64,000 bases of DNA, from contig OZ024758.1 of the NCBI GenBank assembly GCA_964016885.1, positions 29,202,001-29,266,000 on the forward strand, written 5' to 3'. Shown piece by piece: positions 50,907 to 64,000 of this stretch (its first letter is position 1; every line of letters starts with the position of its first letter). The notes below the pieces were generated by a model. That model was not told the origin of the DNA and did not search any database. It saw nothing but the letters and a program-made list of their open reading frames with translations. Position numbers and translations under genes: made by a program. This DNA comes from Eledone cirrhosa (taxonomy: Eukaryota).

Positions 50907-51085
50907 ACAAAAATGAATATAATCTGTACATATTTTAAATGAATATCCTGGCTCTACTGCAATGCAATTAATAAGATAATGTATGTAAAAGATTCCATAT
51001 TTTGTCAAAAGGTAAGAACAGGGAAGGTAAAAATATTAACAGATAAAGTCTAAGAGTTGAAATTTTTGTACAAGAGAATAATATT

Positions 51086-51116
<31 letters not shown>

Positions 51117-51132
51117 CCTTTTATCTTTTCAG

Positions 51133-51234
51133 GCTATTGTTATATTTGGCATTCTGATTTCCGTATCTTTCTATTATAAACGACATAAGTGGTCTGTTTT
51201 GAAGAGCAGAAAAATCGCTTTCAAACCACGGTAA
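51133..51234 (+). CDS. CYC1: Cytochrome c1 exon 8 (TM anchor and C-terminus AIVIFGILISVSFYYKRHKWSVLKSRKIAFKPR*)
   Basis: KRHKWSVLKSRK terminal motif; long poly-T tract + cag; TAA at 51232-51234. Confidence 0.98.
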   Translation, partial: AIVIFGILISVSFYYKRHKWSVLKSRKIAFKPR

Positions 51235-51409
51235 TAATTGTCTATGTTTAGTTCAATGAAGACTTTATGTACAGGTAACTACTTTTGGATATCACTCCAT
51301 TCTGTGTTACTTGATTAGTTTATAAAAAACTTATAAAATATAATGAACACAATTTGGTTGGCCTTTGTGAACTACCATTCATACTTTATGTCAGTTTAGT
51401 TTACAGGAA

Positions 51410-51415
51410 AATAAA
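51410..51415 (+). terminator. Probable CYC1 polyadenylation signal AATAAA
   Basis: About 175 nt after the stop, followed by a GT/T-rich element (TTGTTTTTGTTTGTTT). Confidence 0.65.
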
Positions 51416-52077
51416 ATCGTCTGCCCCAAACATTGTTTTTGTTTGTTTATTTAATTGTAATATAAAAGTTAAAAAATATGCTTTGTAAATCAGATATTTA
51501 TTGGTTCTTAGATAATTATATCTTACTTTAATGATGTTTATTAGTTCTTACGACAGATGAGTAACATCAACTGATCATCAGAAAGGGCATTCAGCTGCAA
51601 AACATTGCCTCAAAATATACCGTCCAACCCATGCCAGCACATAAATGTGATTGTAAAAATGATGAAATACGAGGTCAAAAAAGAAACAGGACTAGGTTTG
51701 CAAAAAAAGTATTTCTACAAACTACAAGTTTCGAAATAATCCCCCTCGAGTCTAACACACTTTCCCATCCTTTTCCTCCATGCATTCCTGAAATGATTCT
51801 CCTTGAACATACATCTCTAGATAAATATATGGCTGTGGAAGTTTTATATTACTAGAAATTATCTCCCCTTGCTTTTAAAGCCACTATCAATTACTGCTAG
51901 GGTTTTGTTATGTTCTCCAATTAAGATGGAAATTTCAACGAAGAGTTTATTGTATAAAACATTCAGTGCATCACTTAAATTATTTAAATTCTTGCTATTT
52001 GGTCATTTGAACTATTTTCCTGCTCATGGAAAACGAAGTTTTTTTTTAGAGTTTTTGCATGACATGTTGGATTGTTT

Positions 52078-53435
52078 ATCATCATCATCATCATCATCGT
52101 TTAACGTCCATTTTCCACGCTAGCATGGGTCTGGACGGGAATTGTCCCACTTGAGGCAAGATTGGTTGTCTTGCTCAGGACTGTGTGGCGGGTTTTCTAC
52201 GGCTGGACGCCCTTCCTAACACCAACCACGTTTACAGTGTGGACTGGGAGGTTTTTACCGTGTTACCTACACGGGCACATTACAGTGAGGACTGTTTTTT
52301 TGTCGTGACACCTACACGACCTCATTTATTTAGGACTGGATGTTGTGGTACCAACATAGCTTTACATCGGAAGGGGTGGTGTAGATGGCGGTGGGGGTAG
52401 GGTTAGTGGGACGGGGGTGTATTTTTGGTTAAGAGGTGGCTACTGACTGTAGGTTTCGCTTTGTACTTAGGCAAGGCGGGTCTTCTGTATTACGATGTAG
52501 CGCCAAAGATCTCGGTCCAGTGACATTGTCTTGGAGAGGTGTGTGTGAGGTCGGATTTTATCAAGTCATCCCAGGTTTTTCTGGGTCTGCCTACTCCGTA
52601 GCTACCGTTTATTTTGATCGCCCTGCACTTTTTTGTACAGCTGTCATCTTTCATACGCATCACGTGACCATACTAGCGTAGCCTTCTCTTGAGTAAACAG
52701 CATCTGATTCCTCTTATTCCTAATTTCTCACTTAGTTCATTTATGCTTTGCCGTTCGTGTATATATTACTATTACACATCCAATGGAGCATGCAAGCTTC
52801 GTTCCTCTCCAGTCTGTGTAGATCCTCTGTACACAAGGCCCATGTCTCACTGCCATGTAACATCGCTGTTCGTATGTAGGCATCATACAGCCTGCCTTTT
52901 ATTTTTAGAGAGAAACCTTTAGCGGCCAATAGTGGTATAAGCTCTCTGAACTTTTTCCATCTCGTTCGGACTCTAGCTACAGTATTTTCAGAGCACCCTC
53001 CACCACTGCTGATTTTGTCACCCATGTAATGGAAGGTGTCCACTATTTCTATAGAACCATCTGGGCAATGGAATGAGCTAGTATCCTGTGATCATTTGCT
53101 GCTACTTATTGCACCAGAGCACCGGCCACATATAAAATCTATATTCTTAGTTAGCTTACCTGTGATCCCACTACATCTTTTATGCACCCATACCATCCAT
53201 TTGGGACATAAAATGGAGTTTCTGCCTACTCCTTTCTTACACACTGAGCATGGCCATTTCCCAGATGGGACCAGTGCCCTATTCTCCTTCCTACAAACTA
53301 GAACTTTAGTCTTAGACTAGTTAACTTTAAGGCCTTTTGATTCTAGGCCATGCTTCCATGTTTGGAATTTCTTCTCGAGCTCAGCCATTGATTCGGCTAT
53401 GAGCGTTAGATCATCTGCGTATAGAAATTCCCATG
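52078..53435 (-). mobile_element. Degenerate 5'-truncated RTE LINE (subfamily B-like)
   Basis: PWEFLYADDL at the 5' end, Cys-rich region, WKKFRELIPLL, 3' UTR and (GAT)n tail; frameshifts and stops. Confidence 0.9.
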
Positions 53436-53451
53436 GTTTATGTATATCTTA

Positions 53452-56238
53452 ATCTGTTGACTGTTGCAATTATTTTACACAGCTACAGTTGCTGTGTTGA
53501 CTGCTGTGTATATTTTACACAGCTACAGTTGCTGTGTATATTTTACACAGCTACAGCTGCTGTGTTGACTGCTGTGTATATTTTACACAGCTACAGTTGC
53601 TGTGTTGACTGCTGTGTATATTTTACACAGCTACAGTTGCTGTGTTGACGGCTGTGTATATTTTACACAGCTACAGCTGCTGTGTTGACTGCTGCAAATA
53701 TTTTACACAGCTACAGTTGCTGTGTTGACGGCTGTGTATATTTTACACAGCTACAGTTGCTGTGTTGACTGCTGCAAATATTTTACATAGCTACAGTTGC
53801 TGTGTTGACTGCTGTATATATTTTACACAGCTACAGTTGCTGTGTTGACTGCTGTGTATATTTTACACAGCTACATTTGCTGTGGTGACTGCTGTGTATA
53901 TTTTACACAGCTACAGTTGCTGTGTTGACTGCTGTGTATATTTTACACAGCTACAGTTGCTGTGTTGACTGGTGTGTATATTTTACACAGCTACAGTTAC
54001 TGTGTTGACTGCTGTGTATATTTTACACAGCTACAGTTACTGTGTTGACTACTGTGTATATTTTACACAGCTACAGTTACTGTGTTGACTGCTGTGTATA
54101 TTTTACACAGCTACAGTTGCTGTGTTGACTACTGTGTATATTTTACACAGCTACAGTTGCTGTGTTGACTGCTGTGTATATTTTACACAGCTACAGCTGC
54201 TGTGTTGACTGCTGTGTATATTTTACACAGCTACAGTTGCTGTGTTGACTGCTGCAAATATTTTACACAGCTACAGTTGCTGTGTTGACTACTGTGTATA
54301 TTTTACACAGCTACAGTTACAGTGTTGACTGCTGCAAATATTTTACACAGCTACAGTTGCTGTGTTGACTGCTGTGTATATTTTACACAGCTACAGTTGC
54401 TGTGTTGACTGGTGTGTATATTTTACACAGCTACAGTTACTGTGTTGACTGCTGTGTATATTTTACACAGCTACAGTTACTGTGTTGACTACTGTGTATA
54501 TTTTACACAGCTACAGTTACTGTGTTGACTGCTGTGTATATTTTACACAGCTACAGTTGCTGTGTTGACTACTGTGTATATTTTACACAGCTACAGTTGC
54601 TGTGTTGACTGCTGTGTATATTTTACACAGCTACAGCTGCTGTGTTGACTGCTGTGTATATTTTACACAGCTACAGTTGCTGTGTTGACTGCTGCAAATA
54701 TTTTACACAGCTACAGTTGCTGTGTTGACTACTGTGTATATTTTACACAGCTACAGTTACAGTGTTGACTGCTGCAAATATTTTACACAGCTACAGTTGC
54801 TGTGTTGACTGCTGTGTATATTTTACACAGCTACAGTTGCTGTGTTGACTGCTAGATATATTTTACACAGCTACAGTTGCTGTGTTGACTGCTGTGTATA
54901 TTTTACACAGCTACAGTTGGTGTATTGACTGCTGTGTATATTTTACACAGCTACAGTTGCTGTGTTGACGGCTGTGTATATTTTACACAGCTACAGTTGC
55001 TGTGTTGACGGCTGTGTATATTTTACACAGCTACAGTTGCTGTGTTGACTGCTGTGTATATTTTACACAGCTACAGTTGCTGTGTTGACTACTGTGTATA
55101 TTTTACACAGCTACAGTTACTATGTTGACTGCTGCAAATATTTTACACAGCTACAGTTGCTGTGTTGACGGCTGTGTATATTTTACACAGCTACAGTTGC
55201 TGTGTTGACTGCTGTGTATATTTTACACAGCTACAGTTGCTGTGTTGACTGCTGTGTATATTTTACACAGCTACAGTTGCTGTGTTGACGGCTGTGTATA
55301 TTTTACACAGCTACAGTTGCTGTGTTGACTGCTGTGTATATTTTACACAGCTACAGTTGCTGTGTTGACTGCTGTGTATATTTTACACAGCTACAGTTGG
55401 TGTATTGACTGCTGTGTATATTTTACACAGCTACAGTTGCTGTGTTGACGGCTGTGTATATTTTACACAGCTACAGTTGATGTGTTGACGGCTGTGTATA
55501 TTTTACACAGCTACAGTTGCTGTGTTGACGGCTGTGTATATTTTACACAGCTACAGTTGCTGTGTTGACTGCTGTGTATATTTTACACAGCTACAGTTGC
55601 TGTGTTGACTGCTGCAAATATTTTACACAGCTACAGTTGCTGTGTTGACGGCTGTGTATAATTTACACAGCTACAGTTGGTGTGTTGACTGCTAGATATA
55701 TTTTACGCAGCTACAGTTGCTGTGTTGACTGCTGTGTATATTTTACACAGCTACAGTTGCTGTGTTGACTGCTGTGTATATTTTACACAGCTACAGTTGC
55801 TGTGTTGACTGCTGTGTATATTTTACACAGCTACAGTTGCTGTGTTGACTGCTGTGTATATTTTACACAGCTACAGTTGCTGTGTTGACTACTGTGTATA
55901 TTTTACACAGCTACAGTTGCTGTGTTGACTACTGTATATATTTTACACAGCTACAGTTGCTGTGTTGACTACTGTATATATTTTACAAAGCTACAGTTGC
56001 TGTGTTGACTGCTGTGTATATTTTACACAGCTACAGTTGCTGTGTTGACTGCTGCAAATATTTTACACAGCTACAGTTGATGTGTTGACTGCTGTGCATA
56101 TTTTACACAGCTACAGTTGGTGTCTTGACTGCTGTGTATATTTTACACAGCTACAGTTGGTGTGTTGACTGCTGTGTATATTTTACACAGCTACAGTTGG
56201 AGTGTTGACTGCTGTGCATATTTACACAGCTACAGTTG
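53452..56238. repeat. 40-bp minisatellite, about 70 copies
   Basis: TTTTACACAGCTACAGTTGCTGTGTTGACTGCTGTGTATA. Confidence 0.98.
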
Positions 56239-56297
56239 TGCCGAGTTTTTTTCCAGTAAAATGACTATTTTCGTAAACAAATATCTATTAACAACAC

Positions 56298-56641
56298 ATG
56301 GAGGCACATGGCTTATTGGTTAGAGCATTGGGCTTGCAATTGAAAGGTTGTGAGTTCAATTATCAGAACGGGTGATGTGGTGTTTCCTTGAGCAAGACAC
56401 TTTATTTCACATTGCTCCAGTTTACTCAGCTGTAGAAATGAGATGATAGGGACTGGGGTCCATATCATTCCACTGTAAAGTGGACATGTAGGCGCCATGG
56501 ACAAAAGCACCCAGCACTCACTGTAAATGAGGTTGGTGTTAGGAAGGTCATCCAGCTGTAGAAATCAAGCCAGAATTAGTTCCCGTCCCACCCTTGCAAG
56601 CAGGGAAAAGCTGACGTAAAATGATGATGATGATGATGATA
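56298..56641 (+). mobile_element. SINE family B
   Basis: Same structure as the other copies. Confidence 0.88.
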
Positions 56642-56727
56642 TCTGAATGATTGACAAACGTTGCATTAATAAACTAGTAACCCCATCTAGCTTTGAAGTT
56701 ATGAACTGTTGGAAATGGAGTTCGAAG

Positions 56728-59700
56728 ATGTTAGGATGAGTTATCTTGTCTGTGACACTGGAGTCTATACATGTTAGGATGAGTTATCTCGTCTGTGCCA
56801 CTGGAGTCTATACATGTTAGGATGAGTTATCTCGTCTGTGCCACTGGAGTCTATACATGTTAGGATGAGTTATCTCGTCTGTGACACTGGAGTGTATACA
56901 TGTTAGGATGAGTTATCTCGTCTGTGGCACTGGAGTGTATACATGTTAGGATGAGTTATCTCGTCTGTGGCACTGGAGTGTATACATGTTAGGATGAGTT
57001 ATCTCGTCTGTGGCACTGGAGTGTATACATGTTAGGATGAGTTATCTCGTCTGTGGCACTGGAGTGTATACATGTTAGGTTGAGTTATCTCTGTGGCACT
57101 GTAGTAGATACATGTTAGGATGAGTTATCTCGTCTGTGGAACTGGATTGTATACATGTTAGGATGAGTTATCTCGTCTGTGGCACTGGAGTGTATACATG
57201 TTAGGATGAGTTATCTCGTCTGTGGCATTGGAGTGTATACATGTTAGGATGAGTTATCTTGTCTGTGGCACTGGAGTGTATACATGTTAGGATGAGTTAT
57301 CTCGTCTGTGGCACTGGAGTGTATACATGTTAGGATGAGTTATCTCGTCTGTGGCACTGGAGTGTATACATGTTAGGTTGAGTTATCTCTGTGGCACTGT
57401 AGTAGATACATGTTAGGATGAGTTATCTCGTCTGTGGCACTGGATTGTATACATGTTAGGATGAGTTATCTCGTCTGTGGCACTGGAGTGTATACATGTT
57501 AGGATGAGTTATCTCGTCTGTGGCACTGGAGTGTATACATGTTAGAATGAGTTATCTCGTCTGTGGCACTGGAGTGTATACATGTTAGGATAAGTTATCT
57601 CGTCTGTGGCACTGGAGTGTATATATGTTAGGATGAGTTATCTCGTCTGTGGCATTGGAGTGTATACATGTTAGGATGAGTTATCTCGTCTGTGGCACTG
57701 GAGTGTATACATGTTAGGATGAGTTATCTCGTCTGTGGCACTGGAGTCTATACATGTTAGGATGAGTTATCTCGTCTGTGACACTGGAGTGTATACATGT
57801 TAGGATGAGTTATCTCGTCTGTGGCAATGGAGTGTATACATGTTAGGATGAGTTATCTCATCTGTGGCACTGGAGTGTATACATGTTAGGATGAGTTATC
57901 TCGTCTGTGGCACTGGAGTGTATACATGTTAGGATGAGTTATCTCGTCTGTGGCACTGGAGTGTATACATGTTAGGATGAGTTATCTCGTCTGTGGCACT
58001 GGAGTGTATACGTGTTAGGATGAGTTATCTCGTCTGTGGCACTGGAATGTATACATGTTAGGATGAGTTATCTCGTCTGTGGCACTGGAGTCTATACATG
58101 TTAGGATGAGTTATCTCGTCTGTGACACTGGAGTCTATACATGTTAGGATGAGTTATCTCGTCTGTGGCACTGGAGTCTATACATGTTAGGATGAGTTAT
58201 CTCGTCTGTGGCACTGGAGTGTATACATGTTAGGATGAGTTATCTCGTCTGTGACACTGGAGTGTATACATGTTAGGATGAGTTATCTCGTCTGTGACAC
58301 TGGAGTCTATACATGTTAGGATGAGTTATCTCGTCTGTGGCACTGGAGTCTATACATGTTAGGATGAGTTATCTCGTCTGTGCCACTGGAGTCTATACAT
58401 GTTAGGATGAGTTATCTCGTCTGTGCCACTGGAGTCTATACATGTTAGGATGAGTTATCTCGTCTGTGCCACTGGAGTCTATATACGTTAGGATGAGTTA
58501 TCTCGTCTGTGACACTGGAGTGTATACATGTTAGGATGAGTTATCTAGTCTGTGACACTGGAGTGTATACATGTTAGGATGAGTTATCTCGTCTGTGGCA
58601 CTGGAGTGTATACATGTTAGGATGAGTTATCTCGTCTGTGGCACTGGAGTGTATACATGTTAGGATGAGTTATCTCGTCTGTGCCACTGGAGTGTATACA
58701 TGTTAGGATAAGTTATCTCGTCTGTGGCACTGGAGTGTATACATGTTAGGATGAGTTATCTCGTCTGTGACACTGGAGTGTATACATGTTAGGATGAGTT
58801 ATCTCGTCTGTGATACTGGAGTCTATACATTGTTAGGATGAGTTATCTCGTCTGTGCCACTGGAGTTTATACATGTTAGGATGAGTTATCTCGTCTGTGT
58901 CACTGGAGTGTATACATGTTAGGATGAGTTATCTCGTCTGTGGCACTGGAGTCTATACATGTTAGGATGAGTTATCTCGTCTGTGCCACTGGAGTCTATA
59001 CATGTTAGGATGAGTTATCTCGTCTGTGCCACTGGAGTCTATACATGTTAGGATGAGTTATCTCGTCTGTGCCACTGGAGTCTATACATGTTAGGATGAG
59101 TTATCTCGTCTGTGCCACTGGAGTTTATACATGTTAGGATGAGTTATCTCGTCTGTGCCACTGGAGTGTATACATGTTAGGATGAGTTATCTCGTCTGTG
59201 CCACTGGAGTCTATACATGTTAGGATGAGTTATCCCGTCTGTGCCACTGGAGTCTATACATGTTAGGATGAGTTATCTCTGTGGCACTGGAGTAGATACA
59301 TGTTAGGATGAGTTATCTCGTCTGTGCCACTGGAGTAGATACATGTTAGGATGAGTTATCTCGTCTGTGGCACTGGAGTGTATACATGTTAGGATGAGTT
59401 ATCTTGTCTGTGACACTGGAGTGTATACATGTTAGGATGAGTTATCTCGTCTGTGGCACTGGAGTGTATACATGTTAGGATGAGTTATCTTGTCTGTGAC
59501 ACTGGAGTGTATACATGTTAGGATGAGTTATCTCGTCTGTGGCACTGGAGTGTATACATGTTAGGTTGAGTTATCTCTGTGGCACTGTAGTAGATACATG
59601 TTAGGATGAGTTATCTCGTCTGTGGAACTGGATTGTATACATGTTAGGATGAGTTATCTCGTCTGTGGCACTGGAGTGTATACATGTTAGGATGAGTTAT

Positions 59701-62650
59701 CTCGTCTGTGGCATTGGAGTGTATACATGTTAGGATGAGTTATCTTGTCTGTGGCACTGGAGTGTATACATGTTAGGATGAGTTATCTCGTCTGTGGCAC
59801 TGGAGTGTATACATGTTAGGATGAGTTATCTCGTCTGTGGCACTGGAGTGTATACATGTTAGGTTGAGTTATCTCTGTGGCACTGTAGTAGATACATGTT
59901 AGGATGAGTTATCTCGTCTGTGGCACTGGATTGTATACATGTTAGGATGAGTTATCTCGTCTGTGGCACTGGAGTGTATACATGTTAGGATGAGTTATCT
60001 CGTCTGTGGCACTGGAGTGTATACATGTTAGAATGAGTTATCTCGTCTGTGGCACTGGAGTGTATACATGTTAGGATAAGTTATCTCGTCTGTGGCACTG
60101 GAGTGTATATATGTTAGGATGAGTTATCTCGTCTGTGGCATTGGAGTGTATACATGTTAGGATGAGTTATCTCGTCTGTGGCACTGGAGTGTATACATGT
60201 TAGGATGAGTTATCTCGTCTGTGGCACTGGAGTCTATACATGTTAGGATGAGTTATCTCGTCTGTGACACTGGAGTGTATACATGTTAGGATGAGTTATC
60301 TCGTCTGTGGCAATGGAGTGTATACATGTTAGGATGAGTTATCTCATCTGTGGCACTGGAGTGTATACATGTTAGGATGAGTTATCTCGTCTGTGGCACT
60401 GGAGTGTATACATGTTAGGATGAGTTATCTCGTCTGTGGCACTGGAGTGTATACATGTTAGGATGAGTTATCTCGTCTGTGGCACTGGAGTGTATACGTG
60501 TTAGGATGAGTTATCTCGTCTGTGGCACTGGAATGTATACATGTTAGGATGAGTTATCTCGTCTGTGGCACTGGAGTCTATACATGTTAGGATGAGTTAT
60601 CTCGTCTGTGACACTGGAGTCTATACATGTTAGGATGAGTTATCTCGTCTGTGGCACTGGAGTCTATACATGTTAGGATGAGTTATCTCGTCTGTGGCAC
60701 TGGAGTGTATACATGTTAGGATGAGTTATCTCGTCTGTGACACTGGAGTGTATACATGTTAGGATGAGTTATCTCGTCTGTGACACTGGAGTCTATACAT
60801 GTTAGGATGAGTTATCTCGTCTGTGGCACTGGAGTCTATACATGTTAGGATGAGTTATCTCGTCTGTGCCACTGGAGTCTATACATGTTAGGATGAGTTA
60901 TCTCGTCTGTGCCACTGGAGTCTATACATGTTAGGATGAGTTATCTCGTCTGTGCCACTGGAGTCTATATACGTTAGGATGAGTTATCTCGTCTGTGACA
61001 CTGGAGTGTATACATGTTAGGATGAGTTATCTAGTCTGTGACACTGGAGTGTATACATGTTAGGATGAGTTATCTCGTCTGTGGCACTGGAGTGTATACA
61101 TGTTAGGATGAGTTATCTCGTCTGTGGCACTGGAGTGTATACATGTTAGGATGAGTTATCTCGTCTGTGCCACTGGAGTGTATACATGTTAGGATAAGTT
61201 ATCTCGTCTGTGGCACTGGAGTGTATACATGTTAGGATGAGTTATCTCGTCTGTGACACTGGAGTGTATACATGTTAGGATGAGTTATCTCGTCTGTGAT
61301 ACTGGAGTCTATACATTGTTAGGATGAGTTATCTCGTCTGTGCCACTGGAGTTTATACATGTTAGGATGAGTTATCTCGTCTGTGTCACTGGAGTGTATA
61401 CATGTTAGGATGAGTTATCTCGTCTGTGGCACTGGAGTCTATACATGTTAGGATGAGTTATCTCGTCTGTGCCACTGGAGTCTATACATGTTAGGATGAG
61501 TTATCTCGTCTGTGCCACTGGAGTCTATACATGTTAGGATGAGTTATCTCGTCTGTGCCACTGGAGTCTATACATGTTAGGATGAGTTATCTCGTCTGTG
61601 CCACTGGAGTTTATACATGTTAGGATGAGTTATCTCGTCTGTGCCACTGGAGTGTATACATGTTAGGATGAGTTATCTCGTCTGTGCCACTGGAGTCTAT
61701 ACATGTTAGGATGAGTTATCCCGTCTGTGCCACTGGAGTCTATACATGTTAGGATGAGTTATCTCTGTGGCACTGGAGTAGATACATGTTAGGATGAGTT
61801 ATCTCGTCTGTGCCACTGGAGTAGATACATGTTAGGATGAGTTATCTCGTCTGTGGCACTGGAGTGTATACATGTTAGGATGAGTTATCTTGTCTGTGAC
61901 ACTGGAGTGTATACATGTTAGGATGAGTTATCTCGTCTGTGGCACTGGAGTGTATACATGTTAGGATGAGTTATCTCGTCTGTGACACTGGAGTGTATAC
62001 ATGTTAGGATGAGTTATCTCGTCTGTGGCACTGGAGTGTATACATGTTAGGATGAGTTATCTCGTCTGTGGCACTGGAGTGTATACATGTTAGGATGAGT
62101 TATCTCGTCTGTGGCATTGGAGTGTATACATGTTAGGATGAGTTATCTCGTCTGTGGAACTGGAGTGTATACATGTTAGGATGAGTTATCTCGTTTGTGG
62201 CACTGGAGTCTATACATGTTAGGATGAGTTATCTCGTCTGTGCCACTGGCGTCTATACATGTTAGGATGAGTTATCTCGTCTGTGCCACTGGCGTCTATA
62301 CATGTTAGGATGAATTATCTCGTCTGTGCCACTGGAGTCTATACACGTTAGGATGAGTTATCTCGTCTGTGACACTGGAGTGTATACATGTTAGGATGAG
62401 TTATCTCGTCTGTGCCACTGGAGTCTATACACGTTAGGATGAGTTATCTCGTCTGTGACACTGGAGTGTATACATGTTAGGATGAATTATCTCGTCTGTG
62501 CCACTGGAGTCTATACACGTTAGGATGAGTTATCTCGTCTGTGACACTGGAGTGTATACATGTTAGGATGAGTTATCTCGTCTGTGACACTGGAGTGTAT
62601 ACATGTTAGGATGAGTTATCTCGTCTGTGGCACTTGAGTAGATACATGTT
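56728..62650. repeat. 43-bp minisatellite, about 137 copies
   Basis: GTTAGGATGAGTTATCTCGTCTGTG(G/A/C)CACTGGAGT(G/C)TATACAT. Confidence 0.98.
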
Positions 62651-63063
62651 ATACGGCACTGAAGAAGTTAAGAATTTATTTGTGCGACAGTATGTAGTGG
62701 TCAATGGTAACAGCATGAACTATTTGATGAAAGGTCATGTCCTGTTTTTCTGCATAAACAATATATCTCACAATGTAGTAGTCCAAAGAAGGGTGGTATA
62801 TACCATAATAATAAAGTATGTGTTGACATCATGAAGGGTATTATGTTGGAGGAGGTTACATCTCTTGACACTCTTTCAAATCTCACTGATGTTAGCTTTA
62901 CAGAGTTGATAAAATATAGTACCAGTAATGGACTGGAGTGGATTTGGTCGACTTTCCCTTCCTCCAAAATTGTTGACCTTTGTACTTAAATCAGAAACCA
63001 TTATGTTGTAGAAAGATAATAAAACTGCCTCAAAAGTCTTGTCCAACCCATGCTGGCATGGAA

Positions 63064-63680
63064 GTGGATTGGCAGTATCGGTAGAGGGTCGGACGCCATG
63101 CTTTCCAGCATAGTTACGTCCCTTTACAATCTGAGTTCAAATCCCACCGAGGTTGACTTTGCCTTTCATCCTTACGGGGTCGATAAAATAAAGTACCAGT
63201 AATGCACTGGGTAATTGCTGGCTTTGTGCCTAAATCAGAAACAATTATGTTGTAGAAAGATAATAAAACTGCCTCAAAAGTCTTGTCCAACCCATGCTGG
63301 CATGGAAAAGTGGACATAAAAATTATGTTGATGAGGAGGAATCTTGATATTCATAGCAAAAATATAGTTTTTGAATTGAATCCAATAGATTATTAATCCT
63401 ACCGATAGAATTTTAACTGTTTTATTGTTTTTACACCTTTGTGACCATATTTCTAATGAAATATACTGTATTTTAATCAATGAAATATTTGGAGATTGGC
63501 AGTATCGGTAGAGGATCTGACACCATGCTTTGCAGTATAGAGTTACGTCCCTTTACGGTCTGAGTTCAAATCCCGCCACGGTTAACTTTGCCTTACATTG
63601 TTACGGGTTCGATAAAATAAAGCACCAGTAATACACTGGGATAATTGCTGGCCTTGTGCCAAAAGTAGAAACAATTATTT
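63064..63680 (+). mobile_element. Two SINE family A copies (63064-63246 and 63490-63680)
   Basis: A box TGGCAGTATCGG, B box, core and GAAACAATT tail. Confidence 0.87.
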
Positions 63681-64000
63681 ACAATTTGCGTGTAGGCAGG
63701 TCTGTCTGTAAATAGGGTGGGGGGGGGGGCACTGGGGGTATTACGTGAGGTGGTCCCAAAGGTTTGAGAACCTCTGATCTAGTACAATACTGATGGTAAG
63801 TTGCACAATGCCCCCCCCCTCCTCTTTAAGCCACCAATAAAGTGAATATGCCAATAACTGCTACCACAATATCGGTGGTGAGCAGAAGATGCAGCATGGG
63901 GTGAAGCAGTTCTCAATAGCCTGTGTCAACTTTAGTCTTACAGTTAGCATAGAAACGATTGAGGTTACTGTGAATGGACTACGAGGGTTGGCTATGACGG

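Noticed and set aside
40008-62650. Arrays with hairpin-containing 40-44-bp units as CRISPR-like loci
   Set aside because: No unique spacers, no cas genes, eukaryotic intron-containing context

Overview
Eukaryotic (metazoan) genomic DNA, AT-rich and repeat-dense. The SINE/RTE repeat families look like those of an Octopus-like coleoid cephalopod (inference from recognition, not verified). The one host gene I can support is nuclear-encoded mitochondrial cytochrome c1 (CYC1, complex III) on the + strand. I reconstructed it by hand as 8 GT-AG exons (3490-3561, 23018-23059, 29995-30140, 34944-35070, 37903-38073, 39596-39743, 43546-43646, 51133-51234). Phases are consistent and the CDS is 909 nt (302 aa + stop), with a presequence, CAACH heme motif, Met ligand and C-terminal TM anchor, spread over about 48 kb. 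The long ORFs in the ORF track are almost all translations of 32-74 bp minisatellites, not genes. The rest is mobile DNA: RTE LINEs (one with an intact frame and a PHD-like finger), CR1-like fragments, three tRNA-derived SINE families, about 15 copies of a TTAA/piggyBac-like MITE, hAT- and mariner-like MITEs, and a head-to-tail Helitron dimer. There is no prokaryotic system or CRISPR array. The most interesting signals concern how repeats arise here: minisatellites seeded from defined positions in transposons, a satellite carried inside a hAT MITE, a SINE next to its probable partner LINE, 55-77 bp duplications anchored at retroposon tails (one copies the exon 6 splice acceptor), and foldback palindromes near CYC1 exons.
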